Part shown: positions 29,209 to 38,191 of the stretch, one piece after another | Position numbering within the stretch: the stretch's first letter is position 1 | Layout of the letters: every line of letters begins with the position of its first letter | From: Minisyncoccota bacterium | GTDB lineage: Bacteria > Patescibacteriota > Minisyncoccia > Phycocordibacterales > Phycocordibacteraceae | Length of the DNA stretch: 64,000 bases | Direction of reading: 5' to 3' | Assembly (NCBI GenBank): GCA_035547315.1 | Contig: DASZVH010000004.1 | Span: 76,108-140,107, forward strand | Program-made: the position numbers and the translations under genes | The notes under the pieces: model-generated | The model's database searches: none | What the model saw: only the letters and a program-made list of their open reading frames with translations | Told to the model about the DNA's origin: nothing

Positions 29209-31386
29209 TCACTCGAGGTGGATAGTCGCGGCGGCGCCCCGCGCGAGACGCGCGAGGAGCGGGTAGCTGGCAAGCTCCGGATCCTTGGCAAGGAGGCGCT
29301 TGGCCTCGCTCCGGGCCGCCTCGACGAGGCGTAAATTACCCAATGATTCCATAGCGATGTCGGATACTCCCCACTGATTTCCGCCCATGAGCTCGCCCGC
29401 TCCCCGCAGCGCCAGATCCCGCTTGGCGAGCTCAAAGCCGTTCTTGGCCGTGATGAGCGCGGTGAGGCGGGCCCGCACGCTCGCGGCCTTCGATTCGGCG
29501 AGGAGGAAACAGTACGCTTGGCGGTCGGAGCGGATCACGCGGCCGCGCAGCTGGTGCAGCTGCGCGAGGCCGAAGCGTTCGGCACCCTCAATCAGAATCA
29601 CGGTCGCGTTCGGCACGTTGACGCCCACTTCGACGACCGAGGTCGCGACCAGGATCTGCACCTCGCCCGCCGCGAACATGCGCATGGACTCCTCTTTCTC
29701 GGCTGGCGTCATCTTGGAGTGGAGGATACCGATGTCGAACTCGGGGAAGACCTCCTGGGCGAGCCGCGCGGCCTCCGCTTTTACCGAACGCATCTCACGC
29801 TTCTGGGGCTCGCCCGCGCCGCCGGCTTCTGCCGGGTCGATGCGCGGGCAGATAACGTATGCCTGGCGGCCCGCGGCGAGCTCCGCGCGCATGCGCTCGT
29901 ATGCGGCCGCGCGCGCCGCGGGCGCGACGACCTCGGTGATCACCGGCCGCCGGCCTGCCGGCAGCTCGTCGAGCACGGAGAGATCCAGATCGCCGTAGAG
30001 CGTGAGCGCGAGCGTGCGCGGGATCGGCGTCGCCGTCATCGAAAGCAGATGCGGCGTCAACAAGGTTCGTCCTTGTTTCAAGGTCGAACCTTGTTTGGTG
30101 ACGAGCTTCTGCCGGTGCGCGGTGCCGAAGCGATGCTGCTCTTCGATCACGGCGAGCGCGAGCCGCTTGAAAGAGAGCGTCTCCTGGATGAGCGCGTGCG
30201 TGCCGATGACGATCGGGATGAGGCCGTCGGCCACCCGCTTGCGGAAGGTCGCGCGCGAGAGCGCGGCGGACTCTTCGTAGGAGACGCGCGAGGGGAACAC
30301 GCGCGTCTCGCTGCCCGTGATGAGGCCGATCGGGATCGGGTGCGCGCGGAAATAGGAGACGAAGGTGGAGAAGTGCTGCTTGGCGAGCACCTCGGTCGGG
30401 CACAGGTAGGCGACCTGCGCGCCCGCCGCCGCGGCCAGATACGCCGCCGCCGCCGCGACCGCCGTCTTGCCGCTCCCGACGTCGCCCTCCAGGAGGCGCA
30501 GCATCGGCACGGGGCGCGCGAGGTCGCGCGCGATCGCCGCGATAGCGCGCCGCTGCGCGCGCGTCGGCGGGAAGGGAAAACTCGCGACGAACGCTTCGAG
30601 GAGGCCGGCGCCAGGCGCGAGCTCGAGCGCGCGCGTCGCGCGCACGGTGCGGCGGCGCTCCTCGAGCGCGAGCGTGAGCGCGAGGATCTGCTCGAAGGCG
30701 AAGCGCTTGCGGGCCGCGGCGGCATCTCCGGCCCGCCGGGGCCGATGTATATATATGAGCGCGTTCTCGAACGCCGGGAGCCGGTAGCGGCGCAGGAGCT
30801 CGGGGGGCAGCGGGTCGGCGAGCGCGCCGGCGAGCGCCTTGAGCGTTTTCCCGATCGCGTGGAAGAACCAGAGCGAGCTGATGCCCTCGCTTTCGGGGTA
30901 GACGGGGAAGACGGCGGGAGCGGGCGCCGGGCCGGGAGCCGGAGAGAAGAGCGAGGCATGCGCCTCCTCGGGGTCGATCGGCGCGCGATCCACCTCGGGG
31001 TTCGCGAGATAGGCGCCGCTCCCGGATCCCGCCACCCTCCCGCTCACCTTAACCGCCATGCCTTCGCGCAGCGATTTGGCGATATACGGCTGGGAGAACC
31101 ACATGAGCTTGATGCGTCCGCTCGCGTCCTCGAGCCAGGCCTCGGCCAGCGGGCGGCGGCTCTTCCAGCTCTTGCGTGCCTCGGGCTTGCGGATGACGCC
31201 GTAGAGCGTCGCGCTCGCGCCCGGCGCGACGCCCGCGATCGTCGCCGAGGGGCCGGCGGCCTCGTAGCGGGAGGGGAAGTGGTAGAGCAGGTCGTGCAGG
31301 GTCGCGATCTTGAGGCGCTTCAACGCGCGCCGCTGCTCCGGCTTGAGCTTGGGGAAGAGCTTCTCGAGCGGGTCGGCGGGAGCCAC
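29209..31386 (-). CDS. recG: ATP-dependent DNA helicase RecG
   Basis: RLLEGDVGSGKT, PTEVLA.QH, EEQHRFG, MTATPIPRTL, ERFGLAQLHQLRGR; GTG start 6 nt after TATACT. Confidence 0.95.
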   Translation of the reverse strand: MAPADPLEKLFPKLKPEQRRALKRLKIATLHDLLYHFPSRYEAAGPSATIAGVAPGASATLYGVIRKPEARKSWKSRRPLAEAWLEDASGRIKLMWFSQPYIAKSLREGMAVKVSGRVAGSGSGAYLANPEVDRAPIDPEEAHASLFSPAPGPAPAPAVFPVYPESEGISSLWFFHAIGKTLKALAGALADPLPPELLRRYRLPAFENALIYIHRPRRAGDAAAARKRFAFEQILALTLALEERRRTVRATRALELAPGAGLLEAFVASFPFPPTRAQRRAIAAIARDLARPVPMLRLLEGDVGSGKTAVAAAAAYLAAAAGAQVAYLCPTEVLAKQHFSTFVSYFRAHPIPIGLITGSETRVFPSRVSYEESAALSRATFRKRVADGLIPIVIGTHALIQETLSFKRLALAVIEEQHRFGTAHRQKLVTKQGSTLKQGRTLLTPHLLSMTATPIPRTLALTLYGDLDLSVLDELPAGRRPVITEVVAPAARAAAYERMRAELAAGRQAYVICPRIDPAEAGGAGEPQKREMRSVKAEAARLAQEVFPEFDIGILHSKMTPAEKEESMRMFAAGEVQILVATSVVEVGVNVPNATVILIEGAERFGLAQLHQLRGRVIRSDRQAYCFLLAESKAASVRARLTALITAKNGFELAKRDLALRGAGELMGGNQWGVSDIAMESLGNLRLVEAARSEAKRLLAKDPELASYPLLARLARGAAATIHLE
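30055..30103. repeat. Palindromic REP-like doublet in frame inside recG
   Basis: AACAAGGTTCGTCCTTGTT followed by the inverted copy CAAGGTCGAACCTTGTT; encodes KQGSTLKQGRTL. Confidence 0.75.
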
Positions 31387-31457
31387 GAGCAAAGTATACG
31401 CGCCCGCGCATAGATAAGAAGCGGGCCCGCCAGCGCGATGCTGGCGGGCCCGGAAGT

Positions 31458-31940
31458 TCACGGCCGGTAGGTGAGCCGCGCGAGGATCAGGTCGGCGTCG
31501 GCCGGCCTCCCCCCGAAGCGCGCAACATCGAACGCGGCGACGTGCTCGTAGCGCAGGCCGCCGCCGACGTTGCCGCCCTGCGGCAGGAGGTCGAGATCGG
31601 CGCCCGCCACGAAGGCGGCGTGATCGCCGGCTCCCTGCGCCTCGCCGACGCCGCCGAAGGCGGCGACGGTGATGGTCTTGCCGGCAAGCGGGAAGCGGTA
31701 GCCTCCCCGTGCCGCGACGGCCTCGAGGCTGCGCAGCTCGGGGGCCGAGAAGCCCTCGGCCTGCAGCTCGCCGCCGATGCTCCAAGGGCCGAAGCCCTCC
31801 TCGAGCCCGATGCTGCCGCCGCCCGCGATCGCGGAGCCGGCGCCGACATTGATCGACGCCGTAGTGGCGAAGCCGTCGGCCATCGCGGAAGAGTACGACA
31901 ATACAAGGGCCGCAGCGGCGGCCAAAGCGAACATTCTCAT
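31458..31940 (-). CDS. Secreted protein resembling a small outer-membrane beta-barrel
   Basis: Signal peptide; Gly-rich amphipathic strands (WSIGGELQ, ARGGYRF, GLRYEH, ILARLTYRP); SD GGAG. Confidence 0.55.
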   Translation of the reverse strand: MRMFALAAAAALVLSYSSAMADGFATTASINVGAGSAIAGGGSIGLEEGFGPWSIGGELQAEGFSAPELRSLEAVAARGGYRFPLAGKTITVAAFGGVGEAQGAGDHAAFVAGADLDLLPQGGNVGGGLRYEHVAAFDVARFGGRPADADLILARLTYRP

Positions 31941-31998
31941 TCCAAACTCCTTTTTGGATCCGGCCGCCCGCTCACCATGAGAAGAGCAGCCGGGCACT

Positions 31999-32027
31999 AG
32001 AATAGCATGCCCTACCTGATAAGTCAA
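31999..32027 (-). promoter_or_regulatory. Putative sigma70 promoter of the beta-barrel-like gene
   Basis: TTGACT-17 nt-TATTCT on the minus strand. Confidence 0.55.
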
Positions 32028-32080
32028 GCCCGCTCCGGGTTCCACCCGCGCACATAGCGCGAGCGCGTTATACTTCCCGC

Positions 32081-32506
32081 ATGCGCCACAAGCGGCGACC
32101 CTCCTCGCTCTATCATTTCCTCATCACGTTCCCGGACCGGCTCTACCCGTTCCGCACTCGGATCGAGGGGCAGTGGGTGCGCGGCATCCGTTCCTATGAC
32201 GCCGCGCTCGCGCGCGCTTTCCGCCGCTATGGCGCGGGCCGCTACGGCTACGGCCTCGCGCTCTACCGGCAGTGTTTCCACCTGGCCGGCTCGCTCCTTT
32301 TCATCTACGCCGCGACTTTGCTCGCCTTCGACCTCTTCGGCGGCGAGGCGGCGCTCGCGCTCCTGCTCGCGCTCGCGACCGCGTTCATCACCTATCAGGA
32401 GTTTTTTCTGCAGCCGCGCGTCTACCGCCAGCGCTGGCCCAAGGGCCTCGCGGATTGGTCGGTCTGGTGCCTCCCCATGGCGGCGTATCTCTTCCTCTTG
32501 CACTAG
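32081..32506 (+). CDS. Hypothetical membrane protein
   Basis: TATACT-6 nt-ATG; C-terminal TMs. Confidence 0.7.
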   Translation: MRHKRRPSSLYHFLITFPDRLYPFRTRIEGQWVRGIRSYDAALARAFRRYGAGRYGYGLALYRQCFHLAGSLLFIYAATLLAFDLFGGEAALALLLALATAFITYQEFFLQPRVYRQRWPKGLADWSVWCLPMAAYLFLLH

Positions 32507-32531
32507 CCCTCGCGTCACCGGACGCCGCTTT

Positions 32532-32948
32532 TCATAATCGCCGCTGCGCGCGCAGGACGCGGTTGATCGAGTCGCGGATGGCGAGATAGCGGCCGAGCAA
32601 GAGGCCGGCGGCGAGCGCGAGCGAGATGGGGAGCACGAGCGCGGCGGCGAACCAGTGCCCGAGGATCCACTCGCGCGAGGCCGCGAAGGCGATATAGACG
32701 ACGAGCGCGATCGTGCCGGCGGCGTCCGTCTCGCTGATCGCCTGCTCGTCGCTCTCATGCCAGCGGACCTTGAGCATCCGCCCCAGCGCGTAGCCGATGG
32801 GGAGCCCCGCAAGATACGCGCCGAGCACGTCGTACCAGGGCACTGCGCCGCGCGCGAGCTCGTAGAGGAGGAAGAGCGTGAGCAGGCTCGCGATGCCGAG
32901 GAAGAGCGTCTGGCGGACGGAAAGCCGGCGGCTTACGGAATTTGCCAT
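32532..32948 (-). CDS. Hypothetical 4-TM membrane protein
   Basis: Hydrophobic ORF in a tight run with DoxX and cupredoxin. Confidence 0.7.
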   Translation of the reverse strand: MANSVSRRLSVRQTLFLGIASLLTLFLLYELARGAVPWYDVLGAYLAGLPIGYALGRMLKVRWHESDEQAISETDAAGTIALVVYIAFAASREWILGHWFAAALVLPISLALAAGLLLGRYLAIRDSINRVLRAQRRL

Positions 32949-32952
32949 GACG

Positions 32953-33333
32953 CTAGGGTACGCGGGCGTCCTGAGCCCCGGATGAAGGCGCGGGCCACGC
33001 GGCGAGCGCGAGCGTCAGGCAGGCGATCGAGATATCGCGGAAGAGGATCCCGATATCATTGAAGTCGAGTATCACGATCGCCGCGAGGATGAGCGTCATC
33101 AGCGCCGCGGGGATGCGGATCTTCCACCCCGAGAGGACCCAGAGCGCGAGGACGGCCTCGAGCGCGCCGAAGCCGTGCAGGAGATAGAGCGTGTCGACGG
33201 GGAGCGCGCGGACGAAGTGGGGGAAATAGCCCTCCCAGCTTACCGGGTCGGCGAGCGCCGCGAGCGGCGGATAGAGGAAGGCGAGTGCGGCGCCGAGCCG
33301 CAGCGCGAGGTGGGCGGCGTTCTCGCGCCGCAT
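32953..33333 (-). CDS. DoxX-like membrane protein
   Basis: LALRLGAALAFLY, GALEAVLALWVLSG, FRDISI. Confidence 0.7.
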   Translation of the reverse strand: MRRENAAHLALRLGAALAFLYPPLAALADPVSWEGYFPHFVRALPVDTLYLLHGFGALEAVLALWVLSGWKIRIPAALMTLILAAIVILDFNDIGILFRDISIACLTLALAAWPAPSSGAQDARVP

Positions 33334-33334
33334 G

Positions 33335-33865
33335 CTAGAGCGAGACCTCGGCGGAGGTCGTTACGTCGGTGCTGCTCGCCGCCGCGGGGATCATCGGCGC
33401 GCTCTCGGTCGAGCTCGCGGCGAGGACCGTCACGCTGCCCTGCATGTCGTCGTCGGCATGGTTGTGGTAGCCCCAGGCGCCGACCTGGCCGAACGCGAAG
33501 CTCCATGAGCCGCCCGGCGCGATCATTGCGCAGGAGTCGAAGGGTACGGGCCCCTGATAGCCCGCCGCGCAGTGCTCGCTGCGGGTGGTGCCGTCGTAGC
33601 CGTCGTGGAGCGGGTGCGGGTCGCTCGCGACCCAGAGATTCTCGGAGCTGTCGTTGACCCACTCGACTGCCTCGCCCTGCTCCACCGTCACGGAACTCGG
33701 CGCGAAGCCCTGGTCGGTGTAGTGGACGACGGCTGCAGCCGGCGCGCTCGCGGCGGGGGTGCCGCCGCCCGCGGGCGCCCCGGCTCCGGGCCCGGCGAGG
33801 AAATACCACGCGCCGGCGACGATAAGGATGATGATGACGATAAGACCGATGATTCTGCCGCTCAT
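33335..33865 (-). CDS. Membrane-anchored cupredoxin-fold protein
   Basis: GFAPSSVTVEQGEAVEWVN, ASDPHPLH, PGGSWSFAF..GAWGYHNH..MQGSVTV. Confidence 0.8.
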   Translation of the reverse strand: MSGRIIGLIVIIILIVAGAWYFLAGPGAGAPAGGGTPAASAPAAAVVHYTDQGFAPSSVTVEQGEAVEWVNDSSENLWVASDPHPLHDGYDGTTRSEHCAAGYQGPVPFDSCAMIAPGGSWSFAFGQVGAWGYHNHADDDMQGSVTVLAASSTESAPMIPAAASSTDVTTSAEVSL

Positions 33866-33930
33866 AGGTTGTAAGTCGTAAGTGCTACGGAATGAGTAAG
33901 CGAGACGAGGGATATGGTATCATGCCGCCC

Positions 33931-34488
33931 ATGACTATCCTCTATATCGTGCTTATCATCCTGGCCCTCCTGGTGGTCTGGGTCATCGCCGCCTTCAACC
34001 GCCTTATCGGCCTTACGAATCGCGCCAAGGAAGCCTGGGCCGACATAGACGTGCAGCTCAAGCGCCGCTACGATCTCATCCCCAACCTGGTCAATACCGT
34101 GAAGGGCTACGCCGCGCACGAGTCGGGCGTCTTCGAGCGGGTGACCGCCGCGCGCACCGCGGCGATGAGCGCGACGGGGAGCGCCAAAGCCGGCGCGGAG
34201 GATCAGCTCTCCGGCGCGCTCAAATCGCTCTTCGCCGTCGGCGAAGCATATCCCGATCTCAAGGCGAACCAAAACTTCCTCGAGCTCCAGCGCGAGCTCC
34301 AGGATACGGAGGACAAGATCCAGGCCGCGCGCCGCTTCTACAACACGACCGTCATGTCCTTGAACACCGCGATACAGACCTTCCCGAATAACGTCATCGC
34401 CGGCATGGCCAACTTCAAGCCGATGGACCTCTTCCAGCTCTCCTCCGCAGACGCCGCGGCCGCCGAGCCGGTCACGGTGCAGTTTTAA
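33931..34488 (+). CDS. lemA: LemA family protein
   Basis: AWADIDVQLKRRYDLIPNLV, EAYPDLKANQNF, ARRFYN. Confidence 0.95.
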   Translation: MTILYIVLIILALLVVWVIAAFNRLIGLTNRAKEAWADIDVQLKRRYDLIPNLVNTVKGYAAHESGVFERVTAARTAAMSATGSAKAGAEDQLSGALKSLFAVGEAYPDLKANQNFLELQRELQDTEDKIQAARRFYNTTVMSLNTAIQTFPNNVIAGMANFKPMDLFQLSSADAAAAEPVTVQF

Positions 34489-34541
34489 GCGTTTCCGCCG
34501 AGAAGGCGTATACTAGGAGCGGGAGCATTGTGGAGGGTGTT

Positions 34542-34872
34542 ATGACCGACCTGCCTAAGCTGGTGCGGGACAAGGTCCCGCACGCTATCCGCCAAGAAGG
34601 CCTCGAGCCCGCGGTACGGACGCTTTCCGAGCATGAGCTGCACGTCCATGCGCTCAAGAAGCTCGTCGAGGAGGCAAACGAGGCGCAAGCCGCGCTCGGC
34701 GCGCGCGCGGCTCCTCGAGGAGCTTGCGGATCTCGCCGAGATCTTCGACTTCGCCTGCGGGCTCTTCGAGATCAAGCCTGCGGACCTCATCGCCGCGCGC
34801 AACAAGAAGCGGCGCGAGAAGGGCGGCTTCGAGAAGCGGCTCTTACTCATCGATATCAGCCAGAAGCAATGA
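34542..34872 (+). pseudogene. Frameshifted PRA-PH/MazG-like NTP pyrophosphohydrolase
   Basis: KLVRDKVP..KKLVEEANE in one frame, LLEELADLAEI..KRREKGGFEKRLLL in the +1 frame; switch at the (GC)5 run 34699-34708. Confidence 0.8.
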
Positions 34873-34876
34873 ATAT

Positions 34877-34912
34877 CGCCCGGTTTCGCGAGAGCGAAAC
34901 CGGGCGTTCCTT
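34877..34912 (+). terminator. Intrinsic terminator before htpX
   Basis: CGCCCGGTTTCGC-GAGA-GCGAAACCGGGCG followed by TTCCTTT. Confidence 0.65.
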
Positions 34913-34940
34913 TATCGGGGCGTTTTGCTATCATGCCGCC

Positions 34941-35840
34941 ATGGATCTCTACGCCGAGCGCTCCGCCAATATCCGCAAGACCTGGGCCTTGGTCACGGGC
35001 TTCCTGGTCGTCGTCATCGCGCTCGGCTGGCTGCTCTCCTCCTACTTCAACGACCAGATCATCCTCTATATCGCCGTTGCGCTCGCCGTCGGCACCAATA
35101 TCTACGCCTACTGGGCTTCGGACAAGCTCGTGCTCTCGATGAACAAAGCGCGCCCGGCGACCCGCGAGGAATACTTCGACTTCTACACCGTCGCGGAGAA
35201 TCTCTCGATAGCCGACGGCCTCCCGACGCCGAAGCTCTACGTGATAGACGACCCGGCCCCGAACGCCTTCTCCACCGGGCGGGACGAGAAGCACGCGGTC
35301 GTCTGCGCGACCACCGGCCTCCTCGCGATGATGGACCGCACCGAGCTCGAGGGCGTGATCGCGCACGAGCTCTCGCATATCAAGAATCGCGACATGCTCC
35401 TGATGACGCTCGCGGTGGTGCTCGCGGGCTTCGTGGCTATCGTCGCCAATATCTTCCTGCGCCTCTCCTTCTTCGGCGGCGGAGGCCGGCGCAACAACGA
35501 CGCAGGCGCTCTCGTCATCGCCCTCGCGCTCGTGGGCATGATACTCGCGCCCGTGGCGGCCAACCTCATCAAGCTCGCGATCTCCCGCCGCCGCGAGTAT
35601 CTCGCGGACGCCTCCGGCGCGCTCCTGACGCGCTACCCCGAGGGTCTCGCCGCGGCGCTGAGGAAGCTCGAGAGCTACCAGGCGCCGATGCGCCGAGCCA
35701 ACCTCGCGACCGCGCACCTTTTCATCAACGACCCCTTCGGCGCCAAGGGCGGCGGCTCGAGCGGCTGGCTCGAGCGGCTCTTCTCCACGCACCCGCCGCT
35801 TGAGGCGCGCATAGAGGCTCTCCTGGGGAAATCGGCCTAG
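34941..35840 (+). CDS. htpX: Zinc metalloprotease HtpX (M48)
   Basis: PNAFSTGR, ELEGVIAHELSH, SRRREYLAD, FSTHPP; TATCAT-6 nt-ATG. Confidence 0.93.
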   Translation: MDLYAERSANIRKTWALVTGFLVVVIALGWLLSSYFNDQIILYIAVALAVGTNIYAYWASDKLVLSMNKARPATREEYFDFYTVAENLSIADGLPTPKLYVIDDPAPNAFSTGRDEKHAVVCATTGLLAMMDRTELEGVIAHELSHIKNRDMLLMTLAVVLAGFVAIVANIFLRLSFFGGGGRRNNDAGALVIALALVGMILAPVAANLIKLAISRRREYLADASGALLTRYPEGLAAALRKLESYQAPMRRANLATAHLFINDPFGAKGGGSSGWLERLFSTHPPLEARIEALLGKSA

Positions 35841-35886
35841 CGAACGCTCTCGGGCGTTATAATAAAGAAGGAAGCATCAGAGGGAT

Positions 35887-36162
35887 GTGGCCATGATCGT
35901 GCACGGCCATCAGTTGCGTCCGCCGTATGTCGAAGGCGAAACCATGGAGGACTATGGAAAGAAACGCGGCGAATCTCGCGCGGACTGGATCAACCGGGCC
36001 GGCACGCGCCGCCGCAAGGCGGATTTGCGGCTGTGCGACGAGCTCGAGAGCCAGGACCTTTCACTACTGACCGGTCGCCAGAGCGCCGAAGCGAGGCCGC
36101 ATCACCTGCGGCGCCCGCCGAGGACACACATCGATCTCACGAAAGGGAAGCGGCGCGCGTAA
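35887..36162 (+). CDS. Small hypothetical protein
   Basis: TATAAT and GAGG upstream; fills the gap before the tRNA. Confidence 0.5.
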   Translation: MAMIVHGHQLRPPYVEGETMEDYGKKRGESRADWINRAGTRRRKADLRLCDELESQDLSLLTGRQSAEARPHHLRRPPRTHIDLTKGKRRA

Positions 36163-36198
36163 GCGCGCCGTTAGCCATTGTGGTATAAAAGCGGGAAC

Positions 36199-36285
36199 GG
36201 AGGCGTCGCATAGTGGTCTAGTGCACCGCCTTGGAAAGGCGGCAGGCTCGAAAGGGCCTCGAGAGTTCGAATCTCTCCGCCTCCG
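36199..36285 (+). tRNA. tRNA-Ser (GGA)
   Basis: Acceptor GGAGGCG/CGCCTCC-G; anticodon stem CCGCC/GGCGG; long variable arm. Confidence 0.95.
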
Positions 36286-36351
36286 CCCTTAGAAAAAAGT
36301 ATCGGACAGACCCGAGTACCCAGAAATCGGGTCCCGAGCTAAAATGGGCAT

Positions 36352-36915
36352 ATGCAGACAAATGTCTTAATTTTCCACGGCACGGAAGGATATCCGGAGG
36401 AAAACTGGTTTCCTTGGATGAAAACCGAGATGGAGCAACGAGACTGCAAAGTGTTTGTGCCACAGTTCCCATCGCCGCCAGAGGTCGCTGCGAAAATCGG
36501 CGAGTGGTTTGACGTCCTGAAGGGGTACGAACAATATCTCGACGAGAACACGATCTTGATAGGTCATAGTTTGGGCGGAAAGTTTGCGCTGCGTCTTTTG
36601 GAAAAGTTGGAATGCCCAGTAAAAGCGGTTGCGTTCGTGGGTACGCCGATCGGAGTTCCGCCTATCGCAAATAACGAGCGCGACAATGCATTTACTGGGA
36701 ATGATTTCGATTGGGATGCAATTCGGAAGAAGGCAAAACATTTCATGGTGTACCAGTCAGATACGGATCCATATGTTGGGCTTGATAATGGAAAGGAACT
36801 CGCGAGACAGCTCGGCGTCGAGCTTTCGTTCGTCCCGAACGCAGGGCACTTCAACGCAAAAGCTGGATATACGAAATTTGATGCGTTGCGCGATGACATC
36901 TTGAAAATCCTCTAA
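36352..36915 (+). CDS. RBBP9/YdeN-family alpha/beta hydrolase
   Basis: IFHG..NWFPW, GHSLG, SDTDPYV, AGHFN. Confidence 0.92.
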   Translation: MQTNVLIFHGTEGYPEENWFPWMKTEMEQRDCKVFVPQFPSPPEVAAKIGEWFDVLKGYEQYLDENTILIGHSLGGKFALRLLEKLECPVKAVAFVGTPIGVPPIANNERDNAFTGNDFDWDAIRKKAKHFMVYQSDTDPYVGLDNGKELARQLGVELSFVPNAGHFNAKAGYTKFDALRDDILKIL

Positions 36916-36924
36916 CGACTTGCC

Positions 36925-37563
36925 ATGAGCTCCTCGGACGACATTGAACTTTCGGAAGCCCAATTCAACGAGTTTTACGAGAACTTCGGCTCCAATTCCT
37001 TTCAACTGCAAGGACGTGTGCTTGAAGACTTAGGGACGAAGCAGCTCGACATATATTTCAAGTCGATAGGATTCGCGACAACCGTAATCGGTGTCGTTGG
37101 TTTGATAGCTGGATTCGGGTTTACAGCCCTCGACCATGTAGAAAGCATGGCGCTATTTTTCTTTGGCGAAGTTCTATTGCTTGGAGGACTTTTTTACGGA
37201 CTCTTCTGGACTCAACAAAAATATCAGGCCGAATTTAAGTCGCTTGAGGAGGAGCGAAAGAAGCTCGCAGCTTTTTACGAGAAGAGGAATGGTAAATTTA
37301 TGGAGCTTTACAACAAATGGATTTCCGAACGGAGAATAAGCCGCACAGCTTTCGTTGAGTTGAACGAGATAGACAAAGGCTCGATAGAGCTTTTTAGAAC
37401 CGAAAAAGACAGACCGATCCCGTCAATCTATTCGCAGGCAATGTATATTCTCATGATCGCGGGTACGGTCGTCCTCCTCTCCTCCTTCTTCATTTGCCTA
37501 AATACAAAAAACAACCCGCGACCCGGAGGCCTCGATAATTTTTATTGGGGGCGGCTAAAATAG
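36925..37563 (+). CDS. Hypothetical membrane protein
   Basis: Lower-GC 212-aa ORF with 3 TMs. Confidence 0.7.
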   Translation: MSSSDDIELSEAQFNEFYENFGSNSFQLQGRVLEDLGTKQLDIYFKSIGFATTVIGVVGLIAGFGFTALDHVESMALFFFGEVLLLGGLFYGLFWTQQKYQAEFKSLEEERKKLAAFYEKRNGKFMELYNKWISERRISRTAFVELNEIDKGSIELFRTEKDRPIPSIYSQAMYILMIAGTVVLLSSFFICLNTKNNPRPGGLDNFYWGRLK

Positions 37564-37900
37564 CCTTACAAGGATTGACCTCAAAAGTCTGAATCCCTCA
37601 CCCTCCGCAGATAGAAACTTCGGACTCGGACAGAGCCGCGCCGCGAAGCGGCGCGGCAGAGTGGGCGGGCAGAAAATCCCGCCGCGAAGCGGCGAATTCA
37701 GACGGGGCGGCGGCGGAAAAATGCGGGGACTTGGCACGAACCGTAGGGTTCGTTCCGATTTTTTGTACAAACACGTCTGGCGGAGCTTCAACGTAAAACT
37801 CTTATTGAATCTACCGGATCAGGTGCTTGAGCCCAAAAGTCCGAACTGCTGACGGCCCGCACATGTTAGAATCGGGGCATTAGATAACCCGAGACTGCCT

Positions 37901-38191
37901 ATGTACGGAGACCGGCCGAGAGTGACGCCCCACGAGTTCCAACACTACGTGCGCCCGGAGCTCTTGAACAAGGGATTCACCGAGCACCAGATCAACCAGG
38001 TCGAGACGGCGTTCCACGAATCCTTGGCGGGGAACCCGCACCTGCCCTCGTGGAAGCCGGGCGTAGACGCCGAGAATCTTGCGCAGACGATGCAATACAT
38101 GCGCGCGCACCCGGGCGCGACGATGGTCGGCCCGCACCACTGGGACGCCGTCAACGAGGTGATGGAGAAATATATCCATGAGCGCCACTAG
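37901..38191 (+). CDS. Small hypothetical protein
   Basis: Gene-like codon usage; stop overlaps the start of the antiporter. Confidence 0.65.
   Translation: MYGDRPRVTPHEFQHYVRPELLNKGFTEHQINQVETAFHESLAGNPHLPSWKPGVDAENLAQTMQYMRAHPGATMVGPHHWDAVNEVMEKYIHERH

Larger units (their letters stand above)
36286..37608. mobile_element. Lower-GC tRNA-Ser-anchored genomic islet (no integrase visible)
   Basis: Abrupt drop in GC; degenerate direct repeat of the tRNA 3' end at 37591-37608 (15/18 with 36269-36286). Confidence 0.6.

Noticed and set aside
34530-35840. 436-aa PRA-PH-HtpX fusion as a genuine protein
   Set aside because: The linker is out-of-frame sequence crossing a terminator, and htpX has its own TATCAT-6 nt-ATG; best explained by the frameshift
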